DNA of 64,000 nt. Origin: an uncultured Chloroflexia bacterium. GTDB taxonomy: Bacteria; Chloroflexota; Anaerolineae; Anaerolineales; UBA11858. This document shows positions 1-10,776 of the stretch, in pieces. The notes beneath the pieces were generated by a model. The model made no database searches and was not told where the DNA came from. It saw nothing but the letters and a program-made list of their open reading frames with translations. Within the stretch, counting starts at the first letter, position 1, and the number at the start of each line of letters is the position of its first letter. The translations under genes and the position numbers were made by a program. The stretch lies in the NCBI GenBank assembly GCA_963695575.1, contig CAVOGS010000014.1, forward strand, positions 328,114-392,113, written 5' to 3'.

Positions 1-453
1 GGTGACCTGCAGGATAAAGATGGGAACGACTCAGATGAGATGAAATTACTGTGTCAGCTGCGGGATGAATATGGTTTAAATGACATGGTAACATTCCTCG
101 GAAAACAAAGCCAGGATACCCTGCCGTACTATTACTCAGCGGCTGAAATGGTCATCATGCCATCATATTATGAATCCTTTGGCATGGTAGCGCTGGAATC
201 GATGGCTTGTGGAACTCCAGTGATCGCTTCCCATGTTGGTGGGTTGATCGATCTTGTTGAAGATGGCGTCACTGGCTACCATGTACCGGTGGATGACCCG
301 ACTGCCCTGAGCAATCGTATAGCGGCTCTCATAAAGGATAAAGCCCTGCGCTATCGGATGGGCCACGACGCCTTTGCGTTTGCTAAAAAATATGATTGGG
401 GTATTATCACGAAAAAAATGATCCAGCTGTATAGTGATTTGATTGGAGAGTAA
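1..453 (+). CDS. Glycosyltransferase family 4 (GT-B fold), C-terminal part; 5' end lies outside the window
   Basis: Frame 1 is open from base 1 (GDLQDKDGNDSDE...), so the listed ORF 40..453 is only the tail. The stretch MPSYYESFGMVALESMACGTPVIASHVGGL is the typical GT4 donor-binding region. Confidence 0.8.
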   Translation, partial: GDLQDKDGNDSDEMKLLCQLRDEYGLNDMVTFLGKQSQDTLPYYYSAAEMVIMPSYYESFGMVALESMACGTPVIASHVGGLIDLVEDGVTGYHVPVDDPTALSNRIAALIKDKALRYRMGHDAFAFAKKYDWGIITKKMIQLYSDLIGE

Positions 454-1121
454 AACCTTTTAATCCAGCCTCGGGATCTTTTGAAACCAATCCATAACGA
501 ATAGCTAATATTGCTGCCTGAGTTCGATCAGCTACACCCAGTTTTTTCAACAACACACTGGTGTAATTCCTGACTGTTCCCTCGGCCAGGAAAAGTTTCT
601 CGGAAATCTCCGTATTTGATAACCCTTGTGATAATAAGGTCAGGATATCTCTTTCTCTCTCGGTAAAGGTGTAGTGAGAGGGTGGTTGGGAATTTCCAAA
701 GTTCTCGGCATATTCTGACAATAACTTTCCGGCAACCTGAGGATCAATAAAAGACATTGCCTGCCAGAGTCCCCTTGATGGATTTAATCAGATCTGCAGG
801 AGGTGTGTCCTTTAATAAATAACCAGAGGCCCCGCTGCGGATGGCATCGAAGATCCATTCATCATCATCGTAGGTGGTTAATACCAGGACATAGATGTCC
901 GGATAAGCATCAGTAATTTTCCTGGTAGCTATAACACCATTCATATCAGCCATCTTTAAATCCATCAATGCCAGATCAGGTTTAACTTTGGGGATCAAAT
1001 CCAGCGCCTCGATGCCTGAGTGGGCTATGCCAACCACATTCAATTCAGGATCTGCATTAATGATGGTCTGTAAACCTTCACACACAATTTCCTGATCATC
1101 ACATATCAAAATCTTGAACAT
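407..1121 (-). pseudogene. NarL/FixJ-family response regulator (receiver + LuxR HTH), split by one frameshift
   Basis: ORF 744..1121 is the receiver domain (ILICDDQ...DLALMDLKMADMNG...LLKD). ORF 407..757 is the LuxR HTH (TERERDILTLLSQGLSNTEISEKLFLAEGTVRNYTSVLLKKLGV). Removing one base from the A4 run at 749-752 gives the continuous reading ...AGNVFIDPQVAGKLL. Confidence 0.85.
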
Positions 1122-2358
1122 GGCTCAACTCCGTTGTTATGCTAATGTGAGTACCTTTTCCCGGCTCACTGGTGACTGTAAGTATTCCATTGCATCCAGC
1201 AGCTCTTTCTTTCATCCCGCGAATTCCAAGTGTGTCCAGGGAACGATTTTCTGTAGTTTTGAACCCAGTCCCGTCATCTTCAATTGCGAGTGTGTATAAA
1301 TGATTATTCACAGTCAGGCTGAGTTTTACCAGGTTGGCTTGTGCGTGTTTGACGATATTCTCAAGTGCTTCCTGGGCAATTCTGTAATAAACCTGTTCGA
1401 TGGGAATGGAGGATTCTGGCACTATATCTGGCAAATCAAGTTTAATCTCGAATTGTCCCCGGGATGCAGCATGTAACGCAAGATTTTCCAGGGCCAGTTT
1501 TAATCCCAGATCTTCAACCTGTTTAACGCGCAGATCTTTTAATGCTCGTCTGGTATCGGTTAAACCTGTTCGGGTTCTTTCCAGAGCGTGATCCAGGCGG
1601 GACGTGATCTCCTGGTGATCTTCTCCCAGGAGAATCTTAATGGCTTCAAGATTCACAGTCAGACCGCTAAGCGTATGCGCAAGCGTGTCATGCAAATCCC
1701 TGGCCAAGCGATTTCGTTCCCGACTTACCGTAAGTTGTTCCTGGGTGATTGCATGTTCGCTGAGTTTTATATTTGCTTCCAATAATTTTCTTTGGTGATC
1801 TCGTTGGGTGGCTATCAATCTGGTGACAATCTGTCCTACCATGCCAAAGGCGAAAGCTCGGATCAATGGTAAACCGAGAATGGGGAGGGTTTCGTAGTTA
1901 ATATATTTTAACCTTGGAAACAGGGTGGAAAGCTCGATCACTGTGGTTACGAAAATAAAAGTGAGGACGATTCTGAAGCGGTACTGCCAGGCGATCAAAA
2001 CCAGAGGGACGATCAAGGTTGGGAATAAAAACCAGCTCCTGGTAATGGTAATCTGGGCGCTTTCCTGGGGGTCAGCTAAGTAGATTAAATTCGTAAAGAG
2101 GGGCAGGATGGTTGCAGCCACCAATGCCAGTGGGAGGTAATAGCGGGGAATCTTGTTTTCAAGCCAGTACCAGGATAGATAACCAAACAAGAGCCCGTTG
2201 ATAACCAGGTTGACATAAGACTGGATCTGGGAGAGATTGATCATCTCGCCTGTTTGCCAGGCTGTGAACAGGGAAAGCACAGCAAAATAGACCATTGCGA
2301 TCCCTGTGAAGTACCGAAATGTACGAATAACCTCGGATCTTTTTCTTTTTACATGCAT
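1099..2358 (-). CDS. Sensor histidine kinase (multi-TM N-terminus, HisKA_3 + HATPase_c), partner of the NarL-type regulator
   Basis: H-box RNRLARDLHDTLAHTLSGL. ATPase motifs IEDDGTGF and GIRGMKERA...GKGTHISI. Several N-terminal hydrophobic helices. Overlaps the downstream regulator gene by 23 nt. Confidence 0.85.
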   Translation of the reverse strand: MHVKRKRSEVIRTFRYFTGIAMVYFAVLSLFTAWQTGEMINLSQIQSYVNLVINGLLFGYLSWYWLENKIPRYYLPLALVAATILPLFTNLIYLADPQESAQITITRSWFLFPTLIVPLVLIAWQYRFRIVLTFIFVTTVIELSTLFPRLKYINYETLPILGLPLIRAFAFGMVGQIVTRLIATQRDHQRKLLEANIKLSEHAITQEQLTVSRERNRLARDLHDTLAHTLSGLTVNLEAIKILLGEDHQEITSRLDHALERTRTGLTDTRRALKDLRVKQVEDLGLKLALENLALHAASRGQFEIKLDLPDIVPESSIPIEQVYYRIAQEALENIVKHAQANLVKLSLTVNNHLYTLAIEDDGTGFKTTENRSLDTLGIRGMKERAAGCNGILTVTSEPGKGTHISITTELSHVQDFDM

Positions 2359-2686
2359 ATCGAAATAATAACATAAGGCCTGCCATCCCGACCGACCTTA
2401 ATTCGCCCGTAAAGCAGGTGATGATCAAAGTCATTTTCTTGAGACAATCTTCATGTAAGAAAAATTTCGAAGAGGTCCCTGTTTTGAGCGCTGATCGGAA
2501 GGACTTACCTGCCACCAAGATCAGGATTGGTGAAGGTTGGAAAATTCCAGTAGCTGCGATCATGATTCGGGTGGAAGATCCAACGAAGTTGTATCTTGTA
2601 TGCTTTCAGATGTGAGTTTTGAAAAAAATAGAAACCCCCAAATGTCCTAAGACTTCGAAGGTTGTTTTTTTGCACTAAAAAAATTA

Positions 2687-3937
2687 TTAAGATATTGAAT
2701 TACCAGCAGCTATCCCTGCAGCCCAGCCTGTGGAGAAAGCGGCTTGCAGGTTAAATCCACCAGTATTGGCATGCACGTTGAGGATCTCGCCAGCAAAATA
2801 TAAACCCTTCACCAGTTTGGATTCCATGGTAATGGGATCGATCTCTTTGGTATCCACACCACCCGCTGTAATGATCGCCTGGTCGAAACCTTTATGACCT
2901 GTGATTTCAAAACGAAAATCATCTTTGAGCCAATGTAGAAGTCTTTGTCTTTCAGTACCGGAGAGTTGGCTGATCTTTTTATCCCGAGGTATTCCAGTTT
3001 GATCGCAGCATACCGGGATCAACTTTTTTGGCAGTAAACCTTCTAACATGGAACTGAACTGTTTCCGACCGATCTCCTGGATATCCCGCAGTAAACGGGC
3101 ATCCAAGGCCTGGTGGCTTAAAGCGGGTTTTAGATCGATCACAACCTCGGTGTTTTTACCCTTTTCCAGCGCTTGGACAACTTTGCCACTGAGGGTTAAT
3201 ATCACTGGGCCGGATAAACCAAAATGAGTGAACATCAACTCCCCAAAAAGCTGATCAGATATTTTATTGTTGATAAATATTGTTGTGGTGATGTTTTTTA
3301 AACTCAGGCCCTGGAGGGAACGGGCAGTATTTCCTGCGGTTACAAGAGGGACCAGAGCCGGCCGGAGTGGATGGATCTTATGACCTGCCAATCGTGCAAA
3401 GGCATAGCCGTCCCCAGTAGATCCAGTACCTGGATAGGCCTTGCCGCCCGTTGCCAGGATGATTGCACCAGCAGTATAGGTTCTCTGTCTGAAATAACAG
3501 CGCTAACCTTTTGATCCTTGATGGTGATCTCTTTTACAGATGTTCCGGTTTTGATTGTCAGGCCTGTTTCTTTGGCCCATTTTAACAATGCAGCAACTAC
3601 TTCTCGGGCATCTTCACTGGCCGGGAAAACCCTTCCTCCTCGCTGTTCAACTGTTGGGACTCCACAGCTTTCAAAAAAATCCCTCAGTTCCTGGTTATAA
3701 AACCGATAGAATAACTGGGTTAGAAATTTTCCATCCCTGTTGAATTCTTTAAGAGATTCTTCGATTGGTGCTGTATTGGTCAGGTTGCAGCGGTGTTTCC
3801 CCGTCAGGAGAAGTTTTCGGGCTGGCGAATCCATCTTTTCAAGCAGCAGTGTATTTGCACCACTGGAGGATGCTTGACCAGCTGCCATTAATCCTGCAGG
3901 GCCTCCGCCAATAACGATGACATCATAATTGGATCAT
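2687..3937 (-). pseudogene. HI0933/BaiN-like NAD(P)/FAD-dependent flavoprotein, two frameshifts
   Basis: The Rossmann motif YDVIVIGGGPAGLMAAG lies upstream of the listed Met and is cut off from ATG 3937 by one extra base near 3927. The frame of ORF 2687..3391 actually reads TYTAGAIILATGGKAYPGTGSTGDGYAFARLAGHKI upstream to about 3478, where the second shift lies. Confidence 0.8.
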
Positions 3938-4036
3938 AAATAGATACCGATTGTGAATTGATTAATGAGCCATTTAATTACAAGTGTAACACTCCTTCCT
4001 CTGGAGATAGGCAAAACAGACTTGGATTGTTGGTGA

Positions 4037-4065
4037 TTGACAAATATGTGGTTTCTCTTTAGAAT
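4037..4065 (+). promoter_or_regulatory. Sigma70-like promoter TTGACA-17-TAGAAT upstream of the riboswitch
   Basis: TTGACA at 4037-4042, a 17-nt spacer, and TAGAAT at 4060-4065. It is correctly placed about 35 nt before the aptamer. Confidence 0.6.
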
Positions 4066-4097
4066 GGTTGGGTAACAGAGCAAGATCGCAACTTAAA

Positions 4098-4326
4098 AAC
4101 TAAATCCGGTAAAGGTGCCACTTATCCCTGATGGGATGGCTCAATGGCGAAGTCTGTGAAATTCAGACGCTGACCCGCAACTGTAATTCGGGAATTAGAA
4201 TTCTCGATAAGCCAGGTCGACCGCCTTTACTGACTGTTCATAACATTCTCGCGGAAAGGAGGTGTGAACTTGGAATATATCATCCATATTCAACTACCTT
4301 CCCTGTCCGAGACAGGGATTTTTTGT
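4098..4326 (+). promoter_or_regulatory. Cobalamin (B12) riboswitch with terminator expression platform
   Basis: Core elements GUGAAAUUCAGACGCUGACCCGCAACUGUAA (4156-4185) and the B12-box-like AUAAGCCAGGUCGACCGCC (4207-4225). It is followed by an intrinsic terminator and then a BtuF-type binding-protein gene. Confidence 0.75.
4301..4326 (+). terminator. Intrinsic terminator (riboswitch OFF structure)
   Basis: CCCTGTC-cga-GACAGGG (4301-4317) followed by ATTTTTTGTTT. Confidence 0.7.
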
Positions 4327-4358
4327 TTAATAATAAAATTATGGAATAAGGTGAAAAA

Positions 4359-5355
4359 ATGAAAAAAACAACGGTTTTGCTAAAGGTACTTTTGGTATTT
4401 GTGTTTACTTTATCAGCTTGTGCGCCAACTGCGGTCGCAGAACCTGCAATGGAACCAGTGAAGGAATCAACGGTAACTTCTATCAACGATTGAACCCACA
4501 GAGGTGGTTGTCCAGCCGGCTGTTGTGATAACAGATGACCTGGGGGTCGAAATCCTATTGGCAGAACCAGCTCAAAAAATAATCTCCCTATCACCATCAT
4601 TAACAGAAATATTATTCAGTGTAGGCGCTGGGGATCGATTGATCGGCAGGGATTCCAACTCCACGTATCCAGATGAGGCTTTGTCGGCAGTGGATCTTGG
4701 TGGTATGTGGGACGGGATTCCAGTCGAAGATATTCTGGCGATGGAACCCGACCTGATACTGGCAGGGGAGATCTTTGCTGAAGCAGCCATTAATGAACTT
4801 CGAGACCTCGGTTTGGTTGTGTATTGGCAAAAAAACCCGGTTGATTTTGAAGGATTGTTCGAAAATATTATGGATATTGCTGTGCTAACGGGCACTGAAG
4901 ATGCTGCAGGTAATGTGATTGAAGGATTGGCAAAACGTGTGGCAGCCTTGGATGAAAAATTAGCTCCCGTGGAAGAAGTACCCCTGGTATTCTATGAACT
5001 GGATGCCTCAGATCCTGCCAACCCCTACACACCTGGTGCAGGCACTTTCATCTCATTCGTGATCTCCAGGGCAAAAGGATTGAACCTCGGTGACAGCCTT
5101 GAAGGACAGTGGGTCCAGGTTAGCTCAGAAGAATTACTGGCCCAGAATCCGGATACTATTTTATTAGCTGATGCCCTGTATGGCATAACCGCTGAGGCAG
5201 TAGCTGAAAGAGCTGGATGGGGGGAAATTCAGGCTGTTGTTGAGGGAGCGATCTATGCTTTTGATCCTTTTATCCTCAGTGTTCCCGGTCCGAGATTGAT
5301 AGATGGTTTTGAGCAGGTTGCAGAAATATTGCATCCAGAGGTTTTTGAAAACTAA
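4359..5355 (+). pseudogene. btuF: Cobalamin/siderophore-type periplasmic binding lipoprotein (BtuF/FecB family), frameshift after the signal peptide
   Basis: ATG 4359 encodes the lipoprotein signal MKKTTVLLKVLLVFVFTLSAC and stops at 4494-4496. The mature domain (IISLSPSLTEILFSVGAGDRLIGRD...) continues in the +1 frame (ORF 4504..5355). Confidence 0.7.
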
Positions 5356-6370
5356 GTGATAAAAACTCGTCCTTTCCTAGTGATTTCAATTTTTATTGGG
5401 ATTCTCTTTTTTGTTGAGCATTGCTCTCGGGGCAGTGACTATCCCCCCGGGTGATGCCCTGAAAATTCTGATAGGCCAGCTGCCCTGGTTTGAATTCTCA
5501 GGAAACTGGCCTCGATATTTTGAAACTATCCTTTTGGACCTGCGGCTGCCACATACGATCCTGGTTGCATTAACAGGAATGGCACTGGCAGGCAGTGGAG
5601 CTTCGTTTCAGGGACTGTTCAGAAATCCCCTTGCGGATCCTTACCTGATAGGTATCGCTTCTGGAGCAGGTCTGGGAGCCATCATTGTGATGTCTATCCC
5701 CCAAGTTGGCAGATTTCTGATCCCGATGGGCGCTTTTCTGGGCGGATTGGCCACTATAGGTGCAGTATATAGATTGGCAAAAGTTGGACGAATTGTGCCA
5801 TTAACAACCTTGATTTTGGCTGGAGTGGCAATAGGATCATTTACCTCCGCGTTAACTTCTTTTTTAATGTTGATTTCTGATGAAATGATCCTCCAGGCGA
5901 TGAGTTTTTTGCTGGGTGGCTCAACAGTGACTGGCTGGGAACCGCTCGTAATAGCACTGCCTTATTTTGCAGTAGGTTTGTTGTTATTGGTTTTGGGAGG
6001 ACATTCCTTAAACGTGCTTCAATTTGGTGAAGAACAGGCTCAACAGCTTGGCTTGCATGTTGAGCCTGTGAAGTTGTTTATTATTATCTCTGCCTCATTA
6101 ACAACCGCTGCAGCGGTATCATTTTCGGGTGTGATTGGTTTCATAGGCCTGGTTGTTCCCCATATAATTCGCCTGGTGTGGGGAGGAGATTATAAGAAAT
6201 TGATCCCGCTATCAATCCTCGGCGGGGGAATCACGCTCCTGCTGGCTGATATTCTTGCGCGAACTGTTATGGCGCCAAGTTATTTGCCTGTTGGCATAGT
6301 GACTTCAATTATTGGCGCGCCTTTTTTCCTGTGGATCTTACGCAGAGCGAAGAAGGAGGTGTTCTGGTGA
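5356..6370 (+). pseudogene. btuC: FecCD/BtuC-family ABC permease, frameshift in the first TM helix
   Basis: GTG 5356 reads VIKTRPFLVISIFIGILFF, then shifts at the T6 run 5407-5412 into ORF 5396..6370. Typical FecCD features are present (RNPLADPYLIGIASGAGLG; GVIGFIGLVVPHIIR). Confidence 0.75.
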
Positions 6371-7162
6371 ACCAGGATACCCATTCTCCTGTTCTTGAAA
6401 TTAAGTCACTCTCCGCCAAATACGGGGAGGTTATTGCCCTCCAGGATATTAATCTGACCGTTCACCGGGGGGAGATCGTTGGTTTGATCGGCCCAAATGG
6501 CGCAGGAAAAACCACCTTGATAAAAGTATTAAGTGGTGTATTGAACGCTTCAGGTGGAGAGATACTGATTAATCAAAAAGAAATTAATACATATACATCA
6601 AGTCAGCGGGCGCGAGCTCTTGCAGTTGTGCCCCAGGCAAGACAGCTGGGAGGAACATTCTCGGTTGAACAAGCCGTCCTTCTTGGACGCACAGCATACC
6701 TGGGATTTCTTGGAAAACCTGGGAAAGAGGATATGTTGAAAACAGCCTGGGCTATGGAAAAAACTGGGGTGGATACGCTGGCAGACCGCAAGCTGGCTGA
6801 GATCAGTGGTGGAGAGCAGCAGCGCGTGCTTCTAGCTCAGAGCTCTAGCGCAGGATACTCCAGTCTTATTATTGGATGAGCCAACCAATCACCTTGATCT
6901 GAAATACCAGGTCAACTTGCTGAGATTGATAAAACGATTGGTGAAGGAAGAAGGTTTATCTGTGTTAATGGCCATGCATGATTTGAACCAGGTTTCAGGA
7001 ACCGCGAATCGGGTTTTGCTGCTCGCGGAAGGACGGATGAAGGCCCTGGGGTCACCCGACGAAGTTTTGACGCCGGAAATTATCCGGAAGATATATCAAA
7101 CTGAAATTGAAACATTTACACATCCTATAACAAATAAACACATTATCTTCCCGGCTGAATAA
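6367..7162 (+). pseudogene. btuD: ABC transporter ATP-binding protein (FepC/BtuD type), frameshift between the signature motif and Walker B
   Basis: Walker A GPNGAGKTT and signature SGGEQQRV lie in ORF 6331..6879. Walker B LLLDEPTNHLD lies in the +1 frame (ORF 6872..7162). The likely start GTG 6367 overlaps the permease stop (GTGA). Confidence 0.8.
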
Positions 7163-7183
7163 TTGGCTCCTTGCGAATAAAAA

Positions 7184-7212
7184 ACGCCAGTTCCTTTCAA
7201 AGCAGCTGGCGT
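7184..7212. terminator. Bidirectional intrinsic terminator between convergent btuD and mvhD
   Basis: ACGCCAGTT (7184-7192) pairs with AGCTGGCGT (7204-7212). It is flanked by an A5 run upstream and a T6 run downstream. Confidence 0.7.
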
Positions 7213-7240
7213 TTTTTGTTGCAGGGAAGTCAAACAGGCT

Positions 7241-7657
7241 TTATTTTTTCAGCGGATTTGGCCCCAGTTCTCTGATGCGTTCTGTCATTTCCTGGGCTGC
7301 GTCTGCAAAGGATTTACCCTGGCCGCCTGAGAGGAAATACATATTAAGTCTTTCTCCATCCAACCCAATATCGTCCAGTATATTTTTTGTATGTTTCACT
7401 TTTAATTCACCCCTTTCATTGCCGCGAACATGGTGGCAGTTCCCTTTGGAACAAGCGATCACATACACTCCGTCCGCGCCATCCTCAAACGCTTTCAGGA
7501 GATATCTGGAATCAGTTTTACCAGTGCAGGGCAGTTTGATCAGCTTCACATTGGCTGGATATTCGAGCCGCAGGGCGCTGGCTGTATCAGCAGCCATATA
7601 GCCGCAATATATACACATAAAGGCTGTAATCTCAGGTTCAAAACGCTTGTCACTCAT
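7241..7657 (-). CDS. mvhD: Methyl-viologen-reducing hydrogenase delta subunit (MvhD/FlpD-like) protein
   Basis: FMCIYCGY...KLPCTGK...ACSKGNCHH Cys pattern of MvhD. ATG 7657 overlaps the hdrA stop (ATGA), so I prefer it to the listed 7669 start. Confidence 0.8.
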   Translation of the reverse strand: MSDKRFEPEITAFMCIYCGYMAADTASALRLEYPANVKLIKLPCTGKTDSRYLLKAFEDGADGVYVIACSKGNCHHVRGNERGELKVKHTKNILDDIGLDGERLNMYFLSGGQGKSFADAAQEMTERIRELGPNPLKK

Positions 7658-10600
7658 AATTCCACCCAACTTCCAAGGACCGGGAAGTCCGGTACCATGA
7701 TCTGATTATCTGTGTAATTCAAAAGTTGGATAGCATTTGCCGGGCACTCAGCTGTGCAGGTGCCGCAGCCGTGGCATAAAGTGGGTTCGATATAAGCAGC
7801 GCCTCCTAGTTCTCCAACCCCTGTGAACTCATCCTTAACACGTGGGATCTCAAAAGGACAGGTGCGCATACATGTTAAGCAGCCGACACATTTATTTGGA
7901 TCCACTACTGCGACCGTTCCTCCAAAGTGGAATGGTTTTTTACTCAAAATGGTTATCGCCCGGCCAGCTGCTGCCTGCGCCTGGCTGATGCTTTCCTCGA
8001 TGAACTTGGGATAGTGAGCAATGCCGCAGACGAAGATTCCCTCTTCCATGAAATCCATTGGGCGCATCTTGATGTGGGCTTCGAGGAAAAAACCTTCATT
8101 GGAAATGGGCACATTCAACAATTTAGCCAGTTCATTGGTTCCACTGGAAGGCTGGATGGATGTGCTAAGGACCAGCAAATCCGGGTGCAGAACAAGTTCA
8201 CGATCCAGCATTTGTTCATGCATTTTTACTATAATCTGACCATTATCATGGTCTACGGATGGTGGGTGTTGATCATCGTAACGGGCGAATATCACTCCCC
8301 GGTCCCTGGCTTCTGTGTAGTACTGTTCCCGGAAACCGTAAGTGATGATGTCTTTATATAACACTGTTACCTGGCAATTGGGATTAATCGTTTTTAGACG
8401 GATTGCGTTTTTAATAGTGCTGATACAGCAAATCCTGGAGCAGTATTCGTAGGTTTCTTCCTTGGGTTTGACACACTGGATCATTGTGACTTGTTTCAGG
8501 TTTGTTATCTCGTCAATGTGAAAGGCCAGTTTGTCTTCCAGCTCCAGCTGGGTGATCGCGCTTGGATGTTCACCAAGCAGATAATGATTTACCCTCGATT
8601 CCTGCCCTCCGGTGGCTACTATGGTAATTCCGTGAGATATCTCACTTTGGGAGCCGTCGTGATGTTTTAAGATTGCGTGATAAGCGCCGACATGGCCGTC
8701 ATGTTGAATGATCTCGGTTTTGGTCATCACTGTGATGTGTTCGTGGGCGATGATACGGTTAACCAGATCTCGCAGTAATCTATTGGGATCTTCCCCTTCA
8801 ACAAGATAGTGGACTTTCTGTAAGTTTCCGCCCAGGTATTTGTCGCGCTCAATAAGAACGACATCATGTCCTGAATCAGCGATTGAAAGGGCAGCCGTCA
8901 TTCCGGAAACGCCACCACCAATAACCAGGGCACGCCTATGGGGGGGAATAGAGGATTTGTAAATTGGCTCCAGTTCCGCCGCCCGACCGACACCTACTCG
9001 AACCATTTCAAGGCCTTTGCGGGAAGCCAACTCAGGCTGATGGGGATGAACCCAGGCCGCAAAACCCCGTAAATTCACCATCTCCATTAAGTATGAATTT
9101 AATCCGACTTCTCGAACCGTTTTTTGGAATAAGGATTCGTGAGTCCTGTGACTGCAGCCCGCAACGACTACCCGATTGAGGTTGTGTTTTCTGATTGAGT
9201 CCTTTATTTTCTGGAGTCCTTCAGGAAAACAACCGTATCCGATATCTTCGGTGTGGACCACGTGGGGAAAATCAGCGGATCTTTCAAGGAGGTTATCAAT
9301 ATCAATAATTCCCTGCATGGTTGGAAAACAGCGGCAGCTGAACACGCCTATCCTGGGGTCCTGCCCCTGAATGTCTATCTCAGGCGGGAATCCTTGATCA
9401 GTCAAGAACGGATATTCTCGCGTGGAATAGGAATTCCCCAGTTTATTCTGGAATAAACGCATTACATCACCAGCAGCGCCTGCGGAGTCAATAATGGTTT
9501 CAGCGATCTCCTTGGGTGAGGAGAATGCACCGCAAACATAAATGCCTGGCTGGCTGGATTCCAGGGGATTGAATTTATCTGTCTGGCAGAATCCGTATTC
9601 ATTGAGGTCAAAGCCGAGCTGACTGGAAACGATAGAGGCTCCGCTGGGGGGCCGGACTCCTACAGACAGAACGATCATATCAAAACGATCTTCCTTGATC
9701 TGGCCGCCATTTTCCGGGTCTGGATACCGGATGATGAGATCCTTTGTTTGGGGATCTTCCTGGATGTCCGAGATCCGGCAGCGGGTGTATTCTACGCCGT
9801 ATTGACTTGTAGAACGATGGAAGTAGGCGTTGTATTCTTTGTTGAAAGCGCGTTCGTCCATAATAAAAATCTGGCAGTGAACTTCGTCCAATCTTTCTTT
9901 GGCTAGAACAGCTTCCTTGGTGGCGTACATGCAGCAAATTGACGAGCAGTAAGGGTGTTTCTGGTCCCTGGAGCCGATGCACTGCAACCAGGCAATTCGC
10001 TTAGGCGGTGTATTGTCAGAGGGGCGAAGAAGCAATCCTTCGGTTGGGCCAGAGCGGCTTACATACCGTTCATACTGCATGCTGTGCACAACGTTCGGGT
10101 AGCGCCCATAACCATATTCACCTAATTCTAGGGGATCGGTCAGGGTATAGCCCATGGCCAGGATGATGGCACCAACCTGGATGGTCTCTTCCCAGGGTTC
10201 TTCAGCGAGATTAATGGCGTTGGTTGGGCAGACATCAACACAGCGGCTGCAGCCTTCGCAGTACTCACCTTTATCGATGTAATACGTATCAGGCAATGAT
10301 CGGGGAGCGCTCTTGTGAACGGCATTCCTGGTGACTATACTCTCCTGAAATTCGCTCGGTAAACGTTCAGGACAGGAAATTGCGCATAGCCCACAATTTG
10401 TGCACAGGGCAGGATCAACATAGCGTGGTTCTCGTAAAAGGGTGATCCGGAAATCTCCTGCCTGGCCTTCCGCAGACTTGATCTGGGTTCTGGTCATCAC
10501 CTCGATATTTGGATGCCGGTTGTGGTCCATAAACGAGGGTGAAATCGCTGGACGAGTGCAGCCGTAGCCGTGATCCGAAGTTCCCCGGCATAAGACGCAA

Positions 10601-10776
10601 TCATGGGTCGGGAACATATAACCCAGCTGGGCAACCCGTCCTCCAAGACCGGGATCCCGTTCAGTCAAATATACTTTTAATCCTGCTTCGGCGAGGTCAG
10701 CGGCGGCCCTCATGCCGCCAATACCTCCGCCAACCACTAAAACTGATGCGGCAGGTTGGTGATGTTCACTTATCAT
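7654..10776 (-). CDS. hdrA: HdrA-like heterodisulfide reductase subunit A family flavo-iron-sulfur protein, enlarged two-module form (1040 aa)
   Basis: N-terminal VVGGGIGGMRAA followed by FPTHDCVLC. A second dinucleotide motif VIGGGVSGMTAA lies mid-protein. There are four CxxCxxCxxxCP ferredoxin motifs (CTNCGLCAISCP, CEGCSRCVDVCP, CVGCLTCMRTCP, CHGCGTCTAECP). Confidence 0.8.
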   Translation of the reverse strand: MISEHHQPAASVLVVGGGIGGMRAAADLAEAGLKVYLTERDPGLGGRVAQLGYMFPTHDCVLCRGTSDHGYGCTRPAISPSFMDHNRHPNIEVMTRTQIKSAEGQAGDFRITLLREPRYVDPALCTNCGLCAISCPERLPSEFQESIVTRNAVHKSAPRSLPDTYYIDKGEYCEGCSRCVDVCPTNAINLAEEPWEETIQVGAIILAMGYTLTDPLELGEYGYGRYPNVVHSMQYERYVSRSGPTEGLLLRPSDNTPPKRIAWLQCIGSRDQKHPYCSSICCMYATKEAVLAKERLDEVHCQIFIMDERAFNKEYNAYFHRSTSQYGVEYTRCRISDIQEDPQTKDLIIRYPDPENGGQIKEDRFDMIVLSVGVRPPSGASIVSSQLGFDLNEYGFCQTDKFNPLESSQPGIYVCGAFSSPKEIAETIIDSAGAAGDVMRLFQNKLGNSYSTREYPFLTDQGFPPEIDIQGQDPRIGVFSCRCFPTMQGIIDIDNLLERSADFPHVVHTEDIGYGCFPEGLQKIKDSIRKHNLNRVVVAGCSHRTHESLFQKTVREVGLNSYLMEMVNLRGFAAWVHPHQPELASRKGLEMVRVGVGRAAELEPIYKSSIPPHRRALVIGGGVSGMTAALSIADSGHDVVLIERDKYLGGNLQKVHYLVEGEDPNRLLRDLVNRIIAHEHITVMTKTEIIQHDGHVGAYHAILKHHDGSQSEISHGITIVATGGQESRVNHYLLGEHPSAITQLELEDKLAFHIDEITNLKQVTMIQCVKPKEETYEYCSRICCISTIKNAIRLKTINPNCQVTVLYKDIITYGFREQYYTEARDRGVIFARYDDQHPPSVDHDNGQIIVKMHEQMLDRELVLHPDLLVLSTSIQPSSGTNELAKLLNVPISNEGFFLEAHIKMRPMDFMEEGIFVCGIAHYPKFIEESISQAQAAAGRAITILSKKPFHFGGTVAVVDPNKCVGCLTCMRTCPFEIPRVKDEFTGVGELGGAAYIEPTLCHGCGTCTAECPANAIQLLNYTDNQIMVPDFPVLGSWVEL

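Noticed and set aside
2359-2686. ORFs 2159..2563 (-) and 2418..2615 (+), and a CTTCGAAG palindrome followed by T7 (about 2652-2670) as a terminator
   Set aside because: The ORFs overlap the kinase start or the promoter region and look non-coding. The palindrome has no loop and only 4-5 bp arms, so I do not consider it a supported terminator.
4131-4600. ORFs 4131..4349 (+) and 4280..4600 (-) as protein genes
   Set aside because: The first coincides with the cobalamin riboswitch aptamer and terminator. The second is antisense to the lipoprotein signal peptide and btuF start. Neither has coding-like composition.
7654-10776. Selenocysteine in HdrA or MvhD, as in some methanogens and deltaproteobacteria
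   Set aside because: Both ORFs are uninterrupted, and the relevant positions are encoded as Cys. There is no in-frame TGA.
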